From NCBI GenBank assembly GCA_003140595.1, contig PLKG01000095.1, positions 5,694 through 69,693 of the forward strand: DNA of 64,000 nt, given 5' to 3'. Origin of the DNA: Acidimicrobiaceae bacterium (lineage in GTDB: Bacteria; Actinomycetota; Acidimicrobiia; Acidimicrobiales; Bog-793). Of this stretch, positions 29,655 through 39,197 are shown piece by piece (position 1 is the stretch's first letter; every line of letters starts with the position of its first letter). The notes under the pieces were generated by a model that had not been told where the DNA came from, ran no database searches, and worked only from the letters and a program-made list of their open reading frames with translations. A program made the translations under genes and the position numbers.

Positions 29655-30312
29655 CGCCGTGCTCGTCGCGGGGAAGGATCTCCGCATCGAGATCCGCTCC
29701 AGGGTCGGGCTGAACCAGATCGGTCCATTTGCGCTCGCTGTCCTGCTCCTGTTCGGCCTGGCGCTCGGCCCTGACCGAAGGGTCCTCGCTCCAGCTTCGG
29801 CGGGCCTGTTCTGGGTAGCGGTCCTGCTGTCGACGATTCTCGGTGTTCAGCGCAGCTACGCCATCGAGTCCGTGGACGGGGCCCGAGACGGCCTGCGCCT
29901 GTCCGGCCTTGACCCGGCCGGGATCTTCCTCGGCAAGGCCGGTGCAGTGGTGGTCCAGCTTCTAGTTCTGGAGACTGCGCTCGCCGTCGGAGTTGCCTTG
30001 CTCTACGGGGCGCGCTTGTCGGGCGCTCTGGTCCTGATTGGCACGTGCGTCCTCGGTACCTTCGGGCTTGCGGCGGTCGGCACGCTTTATGGGGTCGTCG
30101 CCTCCGGACTGCGGATCCGCGAGACGCTTCTCCCACTGCTGTTCCTCCCAGTGGTCTCCCCGGTCCTGCTCGCCGCGACCAAGGCATGGGACGAGGCGCT
30201 CGCGGGAACGCCCGGCCGTGCGGGCGGCTGGCTGGACGTGCTCGCGGTCTTCGCCGTGCTCTATGTCGCCACCGGCATCGTCGCGTTCGGGCCGCTCTTG
30301 GAGGACGGATGA
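29644..30312 (+). CDS. ccmB: Cytochrome c maturation permease
   Basis: KDLRIEIRS, GLFWVAVL, RETLLPLLFLP. Confidence 0.9.
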   Translation: MLRDAVLVAGKDLRIEIRSRVGLNQIGPFALAVLLLFGLALGPDRRVLAPASAGLFWVAVLLSTILGVQRSYAIESVDGARDGLRLSGLDPAGIFLGKAGAVVVQLLVLETALAVGVALLYGARLSGALVLIGTCVLGTFGLAAVGTLYGVVASGLRIRETLLPLLFLPVVSPVLLAATKAWDEALAGTPGRAGGWLDVLAVFAVLYVATGIVAFGPLLEDG

Positions 30313-31064
30313 GAGCCTCGACGCGCACCGTGCCGTCAGAACGTGTCGCTGTGGCGCTTCGCGTACTGGGTGTCGCATCGCTTGTGGGGGTGGTCGCGAC
30401 CGTGTGGTTGGGTCTGTTCGTCACGCCGCCCGACGAGTTCATGGGCAATCTCGTGCGCCTTCTCTACGTCCATCCTCCGATGGCGTGGGTCGCCTTCTTG
30501 GCCTATGGCGTCGCCAGCCTCGCGAGCCTGCTCTATTTGTGGCCACGAACGAGAAGCGAGCGCTTCGACCGCCTTGCCGGAGCCTCGGGCGAGGTCGGTG
30601 TCGTGTTCACAGGCCTCACGTTGGTGTCCGGGTCGATCTGGGGGCGGCCGACCTGGGGCGTGTGGTGGGTGTGGGATCCGCTGCTCACGACCACGGCGTT
30701 GCTTTTCGTGCTCTATCTCGGCTATCTCGCTCTGCGCCGCGTGCCCGGAGAGTTCCATGTTCGAGCCCGCCGGTCGGCGATCGGGGCCCTGATCGCGTTC
30801 ATCGACGTTCCGATTGTCTACCTCTCAGTTGAGTGGTGGCGAAGTCTGCACCAGGCACCGACGGTGCTCAACCCGACCACGCACAAGACCTATGTCCACG
30901 GCTCGATGGCCTGGACTCTTCTGCTCGGTTTCGTGTCGTTCACCCTCGTGTACACCTGGCTCGTAGCACACCGGTACCGGCTTGCCGAGTTGCAGGACGC
31001 GCAGGACACCGAGGGGCTCGAGATCGCCCTCGCGGAGCGTCGAGCAGAAGCGGTGGGAAGGTGA
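30309..31064 (+). CDS. ccmC: Heme-handling membrane protein
   Basis: LLYVHPP, WWD motif GSIWGRPTWGVWWVWDP, WWRSLHQ. Confidence 0.93.
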   Translation: MRASTRTVPSERVAVALRVLGVASLVGVVATVWLGLFVTPPDEFMGNLVRLLYVHPPMAWVAFLAYGVASLASLLYLWPRTRSERFDRLAGASGEVGVVFTGLTLVSGSIWGRPTWGVWWVWDPLLTTTALLFVLYLGYLALRRVPGEFHVRARRSAIGALIAFIDVPIVYLSVEWWRSLHQAPTVLNPTTHKTYVHGSMAWTLLLGFVSFTLVYTWLVAHRYRLAELQDAQDTEGLEIALAERRAEAVGR

Positions 31065-31300
31065 ACGGCTACGTCGAGGCCGGCTACATAATGGTCCTCG
31101 GCACGCTTTCGTCCTACGGGGTGGCCCTCGTTGCCCGTGAGCATGCCGCCAGGCGACGAGTCGGTACGGCAGCCGTCGAGGAGTCCATTGCCACCTCGGC
31201 CGATGCCCCCGTCACGGATCTCACCTCGCCAGCTCCCCGAGATACTCCGGTGGTGATGCCTGGTGAGCTCGAGCAGGACGCACCGGGGAGAGCCCCATGA
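31061..31300 (+). CDS. ccmD: CcmD-like small membrane protein
   Basis: MNGYVEAGYIMVLGTLSSYGVALVARE; single TM helix; 4-nt overlaps with ccmC and ccmE. Confidence 0.65.
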   Translation: MNGYVEAGYIMVLGTLSSYGVALVAREHAARRRVGTAAVEESIATSADAPVTDLTSPAPRDTPVVMPGELEQDAPGRAP

Positions 31301-31896
31301 GCGACATCGGTCCGACCGGTGTCACCACGGCCGACTCGGCCACGGGCCCCGGCCGCCCGGGGTCATCGCGGGACGGCTTCGAGGACGAGTCGGCCTCCGG
31401 TGAGGCAGGGACAGCCCTGTCCGCGCCTCGGCGCATACCTAGGATCTTGAGCCCCGAACAACGGCGTCAACGTCGGCGGCTGGAAGTGGCAGGCGTTGTG
31501 ATCGTCGCCGCGATCGGCTTCCTCGTCTTCAAAGGGCTCACGTCCGCGATCGTGTTCTTCAAGACCGCCAACGAAGCCGTTGCACAGCGCGCGACCCTCG
31601 GCAACAGCACCTTCCAGCTCGAGGGCATGGTCTTACCGGGGACCGTTCACCTGATTCGGGAGAGCTCGGGGACGACAGTGGGCTTTGTCGTCGAATCGAG
31701 TGGCGTCAAGGTCGCCGTGACCAATACCGGATCGCCTCCGCAGCTGTTCCAGCCGGGGATCCCGGTCATCGTCGTCGGCCACTTCGTCGGTGCCTCGGAC
31801 CGGTTTGCTTCGGACCAGATCCTCGTCAAGCACTCCAACAGCTACATTGCGGCGCACCCGAACCGGGTGAGGGCGCTGAACGGGACGAAGAGATGA
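31297..31896 (+). CDS. ccmE: Heme chaperone
   Basis: TM anchor, PQLFQPG, ILVKHSNSY (HxxxY). Confidence 0.9.
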   Translation: MSDIGPTGVTTADSATGPGRPGSSRDGFEDESASGEAGTALSAPRRIPRILSPEQRRQRRRLEVAGVVIVAAIGFLVFKGLTSAIVFFKTANEAVAQRATLGNSTFQLEGMVLPGTVHLIRESSGTTVGFVVESSGVKVAVTNTGSPPQLFQPGIPVIVVGHFVGASDRFASDQILVKHSNSYIAAHPNRVRALNGTKR

Positions 31897-33953
31897 ACGC
31901 GGCTCTGGGGCTGATCGGTGTCGCGCTCGGCCTGCTTGCGGCGGTGGCGGGAGTTGTCACGATCGGGGCGGGTTTGGCGACAGGTCGCCAGTCGCTGTTC
32001 CTGCATGCCCGCACATTTGCCTTCTGGGTGCTCGCCGGGGCGGTCCTTGCGACCGTAGGCATGGAGCGGGCGCTTTTGACCCACGACTTCTCGATCGCTT
32101 TCGTGGCGGCGAACAACAGTCGTGAGACGCCGACGCTGTACTCCATCACCGGCATGTGGTCGGCTCTCCAGGGTTCGATCCTGCTTTGGGCCCTGATCCT
32201 CGCCGGGTACCTGGCGGCGATGACCCACGCGTTCCGCAAGCGGGCATCCGATCCTCTCGTGGCATGGTCGAGCCTGGTGGGGCTCTGCGTGGCCGTCTTC
32301 TTCTTCGCCCTCATGGCGGGTCCCGCGAACCCGTTCGCGCATGTCATCGGCAGGATCCCTGGCGATGGTTCCGGCCCGAACCCGCTCCTGCAGGACAACC
32401 CGCTGATCGCTTTCCATCCGGTCCTGTTGTACTTGGGCTTTGTCGGCTTCACCGTGCCGTTCTGCTTCGCCATAGCCACGCTCGTGACCGGGCGCCTCAA
32501 TGAGGGATGGCTCGGGGAGACCCGCCGATGGACGCTGTTCGCATGGGTCTTTCTCACGATCGGCATCGTGCTCGGGGCCTGGTGGTCCTACCAGGTCCTC
32601 GGGTGGGGGGGCTTTTGGGGTTGGGACCCGGTGGAGAACGCGGCGCTCCTGCCGTGGCTTTGTGGCACGGCGTATGTGCACTCGGTGATGGTCCAAGAAA
32701 GGCGCGGCCTCCTGCGGGTCTGGAACCTGTCACTTCTGATAGCGGCGTTCTCGCTCACCATCCTCGGGACGTTCCTGACCCGTTCCGGGGTGCTGGTATC
32801 GGTGCACTCCTTCTCGAACTCGACGGTCGGCCCGGTGCTGCTGAGTTTCTTCGGCCTGGTTGTCGCCGTCAGCATCGGGCTGATCGCCTGGCGCGGTGAC
32901 CGCCTGCGTTCGCCCGGGACCATCGACGCCGCCGTATCGCGGGAGGGTGCATTCCTCCTCAACAACCTCCTCTTCGCAGGTTTCGCGCTCGTCGTGCTCC
33001 TCGGAACCGTCTTCCCGCTCTTTGTCGAGGCGGTGACCGGCCAACAGATCACTGTGGGGCGGCCCTACTTCGACACGATGACCCTTCCGATCGGTTTTGC
33101 ACTCCTGTTCTTCATGGCGGTCGCGCCGGCGCTCCCGTGGCGAAAGGCGGCGCCGGGCGTGCTTCGCCGCCGCCTCGCGATACCGGCATGGATCGGGGTC
33201 GGTGTCATCGTGGTCTGCGTCCTCGCGGGCGTGCGCGGTTTGACCCCTCTCGTTGCCTTTGGTCTGGGCGGATTTGCCGGGGCGAGCGCGGTGCGCCAGG
33301 TGGTGCTCGCGGCTGTCGGTTCACACAACGCGGGCGGGGGACCATGGCGGGCACTGTTCGGCCGTGCAAACGGCGGGATGATCGTGCATCTCGGCGTCGT
33401 CGTGGTTGCGGTGGCCCTCGCTGCGGCCAGCTCTTATGGCCAGCGGACACAACTGGTCTTGAAGCCCGGTCAGTCGATTCGCTACGACGGTCACATCTTC
33501 ACCTACGTGGGCTCGAAGCGATTCAGTCTGCCGAACAAGAGTGGCGAGATAGCGACGGTCTTAGTGGACGGGGCGCCCTTCCAACCGGCCATCAGCGTCT
33601 TCCCCGGAAGCGAGGGGATCGGTACCCCGGCCGTGGACTCGTCGGTCCGCGAGGACACCTATCTCACCGTCGCCGACATCGACGTCTCGCCGCATGGCCC
33701 GGCGACCATCGACGTCGTCATCCAGCCCATGGTGCTGTGGCTCTGGGTCGGCGGGGCCATCACGGCTTTCGGGGCAGTGCTCGCCGCGATCCCCAGTCGG
33801 CGCCGGCGAGGTTCCAAGGACAGGCGCGCAGTGCCCGGGACATCAGAGCTGACCGGTTCGCAGGAGATCCGACTTGCTGAGACGGTCCAGGATCACGGAC
33901 CGGGCCCCGACGACGTGACCCAAGCGCCCGTCGGTGCGGGAGCAAATTCGTGA
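31893..33953 (+). CDS. ccmF: Cytochrome c heme lyase
   Basis: HPVLLYLG, LGWGGFWGWDPVENA, GTFLTRSG, SVHSF. Confidence 0.96.
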   Translation: MNAALGLIGVALGLLAAVAGVVTIGAGLATGRQSLFLHARTFAFWVLAGAVLATVGMERALLTHDFSIAFVAANNSRETPTLYSITGMWSALQGSILLWALILAGYLAAMTHAFRKRASDPLVAWSSLVGLCVAVFFFALMAGPANPFAHVIGRIPGDGSGPNPLLQDNPLIAFHPVLLYLGFVGFTVPFCFAIATLVTGRLNEGWLGETRRWTLFAWVFLTIGIVLGAWWSYQVLGWGGFWGWDPVENAALLPWLCGTAYVHSVMVQERRGLLRVWNLSLLIAAFSLTILGTFLTRSGVLVSVHSFSNSTVGPVLLSFFGLVVAVSIGLIAWRGDRLRSPGTIDAAVSREGAFLLNNLLFAGFALVVLLGTVFPLFVEAVTGQQITVGRPYFDTMTLPIGFALLFFMAVAPALPWRKAAPGVLRRRLAIPAWIGVGVIVVCVLAGVRGLTPLVAFGLGGFAGASAVRQVVLAAVGSHNAGGGPWRALFGRANGGMIVHLGVVVVAVALAAASSYGQRTQLVLKPGQSIRYDGHIFTYVGSKRFSLPNKSGEIATVLVDGAPFQPAISVFPGSEGIGTPAVDSSVREDTYLTVADIDVSPHGPATIDVVIQPMVLWLWVGGAITAFGAVLAAIPSRRRRGSKDRRAVPGTSELTGSQEIRLAETVQDHGPGPDDVTQAPVGAGANS

Positions 33954-34504
33954 TCGCCCTGCGTCGCCACGTGCGGCTCGCGCGATGGGCCGCGTGCGTT
34001 GTCGGTCTCGGCGTGCTCGGGCTCGTCGCGGTGCTGGCGAGCCGGCCCGCCGCGACTCAGACGGCCTCGAGCTTCCTGATCGGCAAGCCCGCTCCGCCCG
34101 TTGAGGGCCGCAATCTTGCAGGCGGCGTCTCGTCATTGGCAAGTCTTCGCGGTCGCTGGGTGGTCCTCAACTTCTTTGCGAGCTGGTGTCCCCCATGCCG
34201 GAGCGAGTCACCTGATCTCGTCAGGTTTGCGTACAGCCATCCAGCCGGGCAGCGAGTCGCGGTGATGGGTGTCGTGTTCGGCGACACGGCGGCCAACGCC
34301 GCGGCCTTCGAGCGACAGGCCGGAGCCACCTGGCCGTCGGTCGTCGATCCGGACGAGGCGATCGCGATCAGCTATGGCGTCGACGATCCTCCGCAGTCAT
34401 TCCTGATCGCCCCCGATGGCAAGGTCGTGGACAGGATCCTCGGGGGAGCGACTGCGGACGGCCTGGACCGACTTGTCGCGCACGGCGTCGCGGCGCACGA
34501 GTGA
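33950..34504 (+). CDS. ccmG: TlpA/CcmG thiol-disulfide reductase
   Basis: LNFFASWCPPC; N-terminal anchor. Confidence 0.88.
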   Translation: MIALRRHVRLARWAACVVGLGVLGLVAVLASRPAATQTASSFLIGKPAPPVEGRNLAGGVSSLASLRGRWVVLNFFASWCPPCRSESPDLVRFAYSHPAGQRVAVMGVVFGDTAANAAAFERQAGATWPSVVDPDEAIAISYGVDDPPQSFLIAPDGKVVDRILGGATADGLDRLVAHGVAAHE

Positions 34505-34971
34505 CAACGCAGGTCGAACCGACGACGCGGCACAACGGCTGGCGCTCCGGCCAGCATGTCGCCTCTGTTCTCGCGTCCCGACCGGCTTGGGTGATCGTGG
34601 CCGTTATTGCCGTGCTCGCGCTGGGCTTTGGAAGCGTGCACCCGGCACAGCCCAGCTCATCGGCGAGGATCGCCCACCTTGACAGCGTGATCAAATGCCC
34701 GAGCTGCATCGACCTGTCGATTGCTCAGTCGGACGCGCCCATCGCAGTCGGGTTGCGGGCCGAGGTTGCCGCGTGGGTCCATGAGGGGCTGAGCGACGCG
34801 CGGATCAAGGAACTGGTCGTCGCGCGCTTCGGCGAACAGGCGCTGCTGGTTCCCTCCGGGTCGGGAGCAGACATTCTCCTGTGGGCCGTGCCGGTCGTCG
34901 CCATCGGCGGTGCAGGGGTTCTACTCGCCGTGTACCTGTGGAGGCGCCGGCGCCTCGAGGCGTCCCGGTGA
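34501..34971 (+). CDS. ccmH: Cytochrome c biogenesis protein CcmH
   Basis: IKCPSC...SIAQSDA, VARFGE, LLWAVP. Confidence 0.88.
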   Translation: MTTQVEPTTRHNGWRSGQHVASVLASRPAWVIVAVIAVLALGFGSVHPAQPSSSARIAHLDSVIKCPSCIDLSIAQSDAPIAVGLRAEVAAWVHEGLSDARIKELVVARFGEQALLVPSGSGADILLWAVPVVAIGGAGVLLAVYLWRRRRLEASR

Positions 34972-35918
34972 ACCTCAAGAGCGCGAGCGGCCGGCGGGGT
35001 GCCGGGAGCGGGTCGCGTCGATCGAGCCCCGACGCGTTGGCGAACGAGCGGCAGTTCCTCCTCCAGTCGATGGAGGATCTCGAGGACCAGCGCGCGGCGG
35101 GCGAGGTCGATGAGGAGGACTTCGCAGTCCTCGATTCGCGCTACGGAAGGCGCCTCGCCGAGGTCGAAGCTGCGATCGCGGACCTTCCGGCACCTGCTCT
35201 TGAGACCCCCGGCCCCGCAGCGCCCGAGCGCGCCCGAAACCCCGGCGGCACTGACCTGCTTGCGAACCGGCTCGACGGCGCTGCTCGCGCATCGGCGGCT
35301 GGCCGGATGCGCCGGTGTCTTGCGGGCCGGCGGACGCGCCTGTTGGTCGGGATCGGCGCGGCCGTGTGTTTCGCCGTGGCGGCGATCCTGCTGGCGGCGT
35401 CGCTCGCCGGTGTCCGCCTCCCGGGTGAGTCAGCGACGGGATCGGTGTCGGTGTCGTCGGCCCAGCTGGAGCAGGAGACGCTCGACCGGGCCGCGATCCT
35501 CGGCAGCGAAGGTCGGGTGGCAGAGGCGGTTCAGCTCTACAACCAAGTGCTGCAGAAGGACCCGAACCAACCCGACGCCCTTGTGTACGGCGGCTGGCTG
35601 GTTCGCCTCGCAGGGCTCGCGTCCAAGAATCAGCTCGTGGTCGCCCGGGGTGACGCGTCAGTCGCGAGGGCAGTCAAGATCGCGCCCGCCTACCCCGACG
35701 GTCACGCACTTTTCGGCGTGATCCTCTACGAGGATTTCGGTAGACCGGGTGCCGCCTCGGTCCAGTTCCGGGACGCGCTCGACACGCGAGCCTCCAAGAA
35801 CCTGCTGATGTCGGTCGCCGCGATAGCGGCGAAAGCCTTCGCGGCTTCGAGGGAGCCGTTGCCGTCCCGCTACGGCGCTGCCGCCAGGAGCGCCGCGATG
35901 CAGGCCCCGCCCGGCTGA
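34968..35918 (+). CDS. CcmI-like TPR membrane protein
   Basis: ERQFLLQSMEDLEDQRAAGEVDEEDF, a TM helix, then TPR-like helices; overlaps the ccmH stop. Confidence 0.7.
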   Translation: MNLKSASGRRGAGSGSRRSSPDALANERQFLLQSMEDLEDQRAAGEVDEEDFAVLDSRYGRRLAEVEAAIADLPAPALETPGPAAPERARNPGGTDLLANRLDGAARASAAGRMRRCLAGRRTRLLVGIGAAVCFAVAAILLAASLAGVRLPGESATGSVSVSSAQLEQETLDRAAILGSEGRVAEAVQLYNQVLQKDPNQPDALVYGGWLVRLAGLASKNQLVVARGDASVARAVKIAPAYPDGHALFGVILYEDFGRPGAASVQFRDALDTRASKNLLMSVAAIAAKAFAASREPLPSRYGAAARSAAMQAPPG

Positions 35919-35962
35919 GGTTGACACAGCCGGTGGTCGTGGTGCCTCAGGCCGGGAGCGCT

Positions 35963-37111
35963 CTACCAAGACGTCCCGAGAGAGCGCAGCCGCTCCACCA
36001 CCGGCCTGAAAGCTGCGGCAAACGCCTCGACATCCGCGTCGGTCGTCGACCAGCCGACCGAGAGCCGGAGAGAACGGTCCGGGTCGACCTTCATCGCAGC
36101 GAGGACCGGAGAGGGCTCGATTGATTCGGACGAGCACGCGGAGCCGGAGTGTGCGGCGACGCCTGACCGATCGAGGCCGAGCAGGACAGCCTCTGCCAAG
36201 ACGCCGCCGACCGCCAGGTTCACGATGTGCGGCACGCGCCTTGTGGTGTCGCCGAGCACCACGACATCGACGAGCGACATCGCCACCTCGACGAGCGCGT
36301 TAGTCATGCGGCGAGCGGCGGCAGCTTCCTTCGCCAGCTCACCGGGCTTGCACAATGCGGCTGCCGCTGCGCCAAATCCGACGATCCCGACCAAGTTCTC
36401 GAGGCCGCCGCGGCGCGCCCGCTCTTGTGCACCTCCCACGATGAACGGCTCGAGGCGCATGCCACGACGGACCACCAGCGCCCCGATGCCAGCCGGCCCG
36501 CCCAGCTTGTGAGCGCTTACCGAGAGCAGGTCGGCGCCGAGCGCATCGAACTCGATGGGGACGTGACCGAGCGCCGCGGCAGCGTCGATGTGCACGGGCA
36601 CGCCCGCAGACCGCCCGCTCGCCACGACTTCGGCCACCGGCTGCAGTGTCCCGACCTCGTGGTTGCACCACTGGCAGTTCACAAGTGCCGGCCGATCGGC
36701 TGCACTGTCGGAGAGCAGCGTTTGGAGATGGTCGAGATCGATGCGGCCCGTCGAGTCCACATCGACGGGGAGGACGGCTCGGTGGCGCAGGCAGGCCTCG
36801 CGCACGCAGGAGTGCTCGACGTCGGCGCAGATCATTGGTGCACCGACGCGAGCCTGCCCGGCTGCGAAGACGGCGGCGTTGGCGGCCTCTGTGCCGCCAC
36901 TTGTGAACACGACGCGGTTCGCCGTTGTTCCGAGCAGTTGTGCGACTGCCTCCCGTGCCCTCTCGATGGCGTCGCGCACCGCGTGGCCTTCGGCGTGAAC
37001 GCGACCCGGATCGCCCGCCCAGCGGGCAAAGAGCCACTCGGACATCGCTTCGGCCGCCTCGGGCCTAAGGACGGAGGTCGAGGCGTGGTCGAGATAGTGG
37101 CGGTTGCTCAA
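35963..37111 (-). CDS. Cysteine desulfurase (group I, NifS/IscS-like)
   Basis: YLDHASTS, FTSGGTEA, SAHKLGGP, SGSACSS. Confidence 0.93.
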   Translation of the reverse strand: MSNRHYLDHASTSVLRPEAAEAMSEWLFARWAGDPGRVHAEGHAVRDAIERAREAVAQLLGTTANRVVFTSGGTEAANAAVFAAGQARVGAPMICADVEHSCVREACLRHRAVLPVDVDSTGRIDLDHLQTLLSDSAADRPALVNCQWCNHEVGTLQPVAEVVASGRSAGVPVHIDAAAALGHVPIEFDALGADLLSVSAHKLGGPAGIGALVVRRGMRLEPFIVGGAQERARRGGLENLVGIVGFGAAAAALCKPGELAKEAAAARRMTNALVEVAMSLVDVVVLGDTTRRVPHIVNLAVGGVLAEAVLLGLDRSGVAAHSGSACSSESIEPSPVLAAMKVDPDRSLRLSVGWSTTDADVEAFAAAFRPVVERLRSLGTSW

Positions 37112-37145
37112 CTGCGCTTCAGTGCGGCCCGCCGGTGGCGTGGAG

Positions 37146-37874
37146 TCAGCCCGCGACAGTGGCACAGACCTCGTCACCGCGCGCCCGGGACGAGAGCTGA
37201 ACCGGCACACCGTCCCGGCACAGACCGTTCAGCAGACCCTCTACAAGACCCCTGTCGGCAGCGCACAGCACGGGATGATCGATGGCGGCCTCACCGAAGG
37301 GGCAATGGTCCCGGACGATGGAGTTGGGCGATCCGGCGACTCCGCCGTGTGCTGCGAATCCTTGTGCAGTCAAAGCCTCCGCCACCGACTGCATCGCAGA
37401 GCGCAGCGACTTTGGGGCGTCGCCCGGGGCCATCTGTAGGGCGAGCGAACGGCCGTACTCGGCACCGACTTCGTGAGCGATCTGCTCGGCCTGCACGGGG
37501 TCCACTATCGCCAGAAGCCGGCCGAGCAGTGCGAGGAGGAGATCATCCCGCAGCGCCGGTACCGAGGCCGTGGTGTTTCCGACGCCCGCGAGATAGCGCT
37601 TTGACGGACGACCAACCCCGGCGTTGTCGCGGTCGACATAGACATCGAGGTAACCGCCCGCGGCCAGCTTGTCGAGATGATGGCGAGCCACGTTCGGATG
37701 AAGGGTGAAGTGATCGGCCACCTCGGTGGCGGTCACGCCTTGGCGTTCTCGAGCGAACAGGTAGATCTGGCGCCGGGTGTTGTCTCCGAACGCAGAGGTG
37801 ATCGCGGCCACCGTCGCCGAGAAGCCCTCGTCGGTGCCTGCCGGTGCTTGTGACTGGCGCATGAGTTCGCCCAC
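37146..37874 (-). CDS. SufR-like HTH transcriptional regulator
   Basis: LHPNVARHHLDKL, GRPSKRY; C-X12-C-X14-C-X17-C at the C-terminus. Confidence 0.85.
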   Translation of the reverse strand: MGELMRQSQAPAGTDEGFSATVAAITSAFGDNTRRQIYLFARERQGVTATEVADHFTLHPNVARHHLDKLAAGGYLDVYVDRDNAGVGRPSKRYLAGVGNTTASVPALRDDLLLALLGRLLAIVDPVQAEQIAHEVGAEYGRSLALQMAPGDAPKSLRSAMQSVAEALTAQGFAAHGGVAGSPNSIVRDHCPFGEAAIDHPVLCAADRGLVEGLLNGLCRDGVPVQLSSRARGDEVCATVAG

Positions 37875-37961
37875 ACCGTTATGGTACCGGGGGCTGCTCT
37901 GCTGCAGAGCACGACGCCGGTACCGACCGAGGACGTGAATGACCGGACTTCCGACAGGCTC

Positions 37962-39116
37962 ATGACGAGTCCCGGCAAGCAGCTTGAAGAGGCCGTCCGG
38001 GGCGTCGTCGACCCGGCTCTGTTCCATACCATCGGCGACCTCGGGCTGCTCCGGTCGGTCGCCGTCCGCGAGGGCCGTACCGAAGTGGTGGTCGCAGCTC
38101 CCGCTGCCGGTCACCCTGCACCTGATGAGCTCGTCAAGCAAGTAGCAGCAGCGGTTGCCGCAGCCGGGGGCGACCCCTTGGCCCTCGAATTCGTCGACTT
38201 GACCGCGCCCGAGGAGGAAGAGCTCCAGGACAGGCTTCGCGACCTCGGTTCAGTCCCGCACCAGGTCGCCGGGTCCGACGGTTCCGGTGGGGACGGGCAC
38301 GGTGCTTCGGCCCGCCCGAACCCTTTTGCCGACAAGGCGTCCCATACCCGCGTAATCGCTGTCTCGTCGGGCAAAGGTGGCGTGGGCAAGTCGACCGTAA
38401 CGGTCAATCTCGCCGTCGCCCTGGCCCGCCAGGGGGCTTCGGTGGCGATCCTCGACGCAGATGTCTACGGCTTCTCGGTTCCCTCCATGCTGGGCATCGA
38501 CCGCCCACCGGCCCTGATCGGCGACCTGCTCATCCCGCCGGTCGCCCACGGCGTCCGGTGCATCTCGATGGGCTTTTTTGTGAACGAGGACCAGGCCGTC
38601 ATGTGGCGGGGCCCGATGTTGCACAAGGCTCTCGAGCAATTCCTCGTGGACGTGCACTGGGGCCGGCCGGATTTCCTCGTGCTCGATCTCCCGCCGGGCA
38701 CAGGTGACGTCGCGATGTCCATCGCGCAGTTCGTGCCCCGCGCTGAAGTGCTGGTAGTGACCACGCCGCAGGTCGCGGCCGAGCGAGTGGCACAGCGCGC
38801 TGCCGTGTTAGCCCGCCAACTGCGCCTACCGGTCAGGGGAGTGGTCGAGAACCAGTCGTGGTTTACCGGTGACGACGGAAAACGCTACGAATTGTTCGGC
38901 AAAGGTGGAGGCGAGATGCTTGCCAAGTCTCTTGGCGTGCCGTTGCTGGGCCAGATCCCCTTTCTGCCCGCGTTGCGCCGGGCCGGCGACCTTGGAGTTC
39001 CGGTGGCGGCCTTCGACCCCGACGGTGAGGCGGGCCAGGCTTTCGCATCGCTCGCGGAGCGGGTCGTGGCACTGGGACCAGGCAGGGTGTACCGGTCGGA
39101 GCTCTCGATCGGCTGA
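37962..39116 (+). CDS. mrp: Mrp/NBP35/ApbC family ATPase
   Basis: SGKGGVGKST, DADVYG, WRGPMLHKALEQFL, DLPPGTGD. Confidence 0.93.
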   Translation: MTSPGKQLEEAVRGVVDPALFHTIGDLGLLRSVAVREGRTEVVVAAPAAGHPAPDELVKQVAAAVAAAGGDPLALEFVDLTAPEEEELQDRLRDLGSVPHQVAGSDGSGGDGHGASARPNPFADKASHTRVIAVSSGKGGVGKSTVTVNLAVALARQGASVAILDADVYGFSVPSMLGIDRPPALIGDLLIPPVAHGVRCISMGFFVNEDQAVMWRGPMLHKALEQFLVDVHWGRPDFLVLDLPPGTGDVAMSIAQFVPRAEVLVVTTPQVAAERVAQRAAVLARQLRLPVRGVVENQSWFTGDDGKRYELFGKGGGEMLAKSLGVPLLGQIPFLPALRRAGDLGVPVAAFDPDGEAGQAFASLAERVVALGPGRVYRSELSIG

Positions 39117-39197
39117 GGCGGACACGATCCGGGCGATAGGGGAGCGCGACACCCTGCCCGTAGTCTTCGAGTCGTGGAAGCGGCATCCTTGTTGGTG

